DNA from: Candidatus Helarchaeota ASGARD archaeon Hel_GB_B
Lineage (GTDB): Archaea > Asgardarchaeota > Lokiarchaeia > Helarchaeales > HEL-GB-B
Assembly: GCA_005191425.1 (NCBI GenBank)
Contig: SUPR01000138.1
Span: forward strand, 1-7,087
Length of the DNA stretch: 7,087 nt
Direction of reading: 5' to 3'
Shown: piece by piece, positions 6,129-7,087 of the stretch
Layout: the number at the start of each line of letters is the position of its first letter
How positions within the stretch are numbered: position 1 is the stretch's first letter
Made by a program: the position numbers and the translations under genes
The notes under the pieces: generated by a model
Database searches by the model: none
What the model was told of the DNA's origin: nothing
The model's input: only the letters and a program-made list of their open reading frames with translations

Positions 6129-7087
6129 TTGCTTGAAGAAGAAACTATTAATAACGGGCGATTTGTACAAGAGTTACTACCACCTGTTAGGACTACAAAA
6201 GGAGATATAGAGCCTTTTGATAGTAAAAAGATACTTGAAAGTTTAATGAGAGAAACTGGAATTAATAGAGATGCAGCAACTAAAGTTACTAAACAAGTCT
6301 TAAAAAGAATTGTAAGTTCGGATATTGAATGGCTCTCTGGTCCCGAAATTAGGGAGTTGTGTTGCTCAGTTCTCGCAGAAAACGGTTTGTTAGCTGCTAG
6401 AAAAAGATATACTCGGTTAGGAATGCCTTTAATGGACTACGAAGAGTTATTAAAAAATGGTATTAAGGAAAATGCAAACCAATATAACAATCCCGAGTCT
6501 ATTCATTCTTGGGTCGCAGACCGGATAGCTTCTGAATATGCTTTACTCAGACTTTTACCGGAACAACATTCTAATGCGCACCTCCGTGGTGATATTCACA
6601 TTCATATGCTCAGATATTTTGATTTGAGGCCTTTTTGTCAGGAATGGGACCTCCGGGTCATACTTAAACACGGGCTACCACCAACGGGCTGGAGCCATTC
6701 CGCCGTAAGTTCCCCCGCAAAACACGCCATGGTCGCAGTTTTACACGCTGCAAAATGGCTTGGTATTGTCCAGGGCGAATTTTCGGGTGGACAGGGTTAT
6801 GACAATTTTACGGTCTTTTTAGCCCCGTATTTAAGGGGAAAATCACATGAAGAACTTGTCCAATTAGCACAATGCTTTCTGTATGAATCAAACCAAATTT
6901 ACGCAGCAAGAGGTGCACAGGTACCATTTACGTCCATATCATGCATTCCGACCGTTCCCAAGAGTCTTATGGACGTCCCTGCCGTCTCATTTGGGGGTAA
7001 AATAGACGGTGTTTATGGGGACTATGTTGACGAGTGCAATAGATTTTTCAGGGCAATCAACGAGGTCTACATGGCGGGAGATGGGAC
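6129..7087 (+). CDS. nrdD: Anaerobic (class III) ribonucleoside-triphosphate reductase with N-terminal ATP-cone, 3'-truncated
   Basis: Translated by hand; open from TTG 6129 (GAGGG at 6116-6120; in-frame TAA at 6105-6107) to the window end. ATP-cone-like PVRTTKGDIEPFDSKKILESL...SGPEIRELCCSVL; ENANQYNNPES; AHLRGDIHIH; RPFCQEWDLR; QGEFSGGQGYDNFTVFLAPY; ARGAQVPFTS. Confidence 0.95.
   Translation, partial: MLEEETINNGRFVQELLPPVRTTKGDIEPFDSKKILESLMRETGINRDAATKVTKQVLKRIVSSDIEWLSGPEIRELCCSVLAENGLLAARKRYTRLGMPLMDYEELLKNGIKENANQYNNPESIHSWVADRIASEYALLRLLPEQHSNAHLRGDIHIHMLRYFDLRPFCQEWDLRVILKHGLPPTGWSHSAVSSPAKHAMVAVLHAAKWLGIVQGEFSGGQGYDNFTVFLAPYLRGKSHEELVQLAQCFLYESNQIYAARGAQVPFTSISCIPTVPKSLMDVPAVSFGGKIDGVYGDYVDECNRFFRAINEVYMAGDG

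Overview
AT-rich archaeal DNA. The archaeal call rests on tRNA introns with bulge-helix-bulge (BHB) motifs and an archaeal-type NrdD. Low GC and long AT-rich spacers would fit an Asgard/Lokiarchaeia-like genome, but that is inference only. Gene order: 5'-truncated WD40/beta-propeller protein (+, open from base 2 to 1345); ~700 bp mostly non-coding; tandem tRNA-Asp(GTC) with a T-loop intron and tRNA-Lys(TTT) with two introns (D-loop and canonical 37/38); MFS transporter (-) divergent from a class I SAM methyltransferase (+); pyrF (+); and a 3'-truncated class III ribonucleotide reductase nrdD with an N-terminal ATP-cone (+, 6129 to the window end, absent from the ORF track). The most interesting signals are: (i) three tRNA introns in three different arms within ~250 bp, the two non-canonical ones resembling each other; (ii) a 22-bp-phased array of 17-bp repeats flanking a TATA-like box upstream of nrdD, a candidate operator for an unknown archaeal RNR regulator; (iii) a perfect 9-1-9 palindrome in the MFS/methyltransferase divergent promoter; (iv) a strong GC3 rise within nrdD. 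No CRISPR array, transposase or att duplication was seen.
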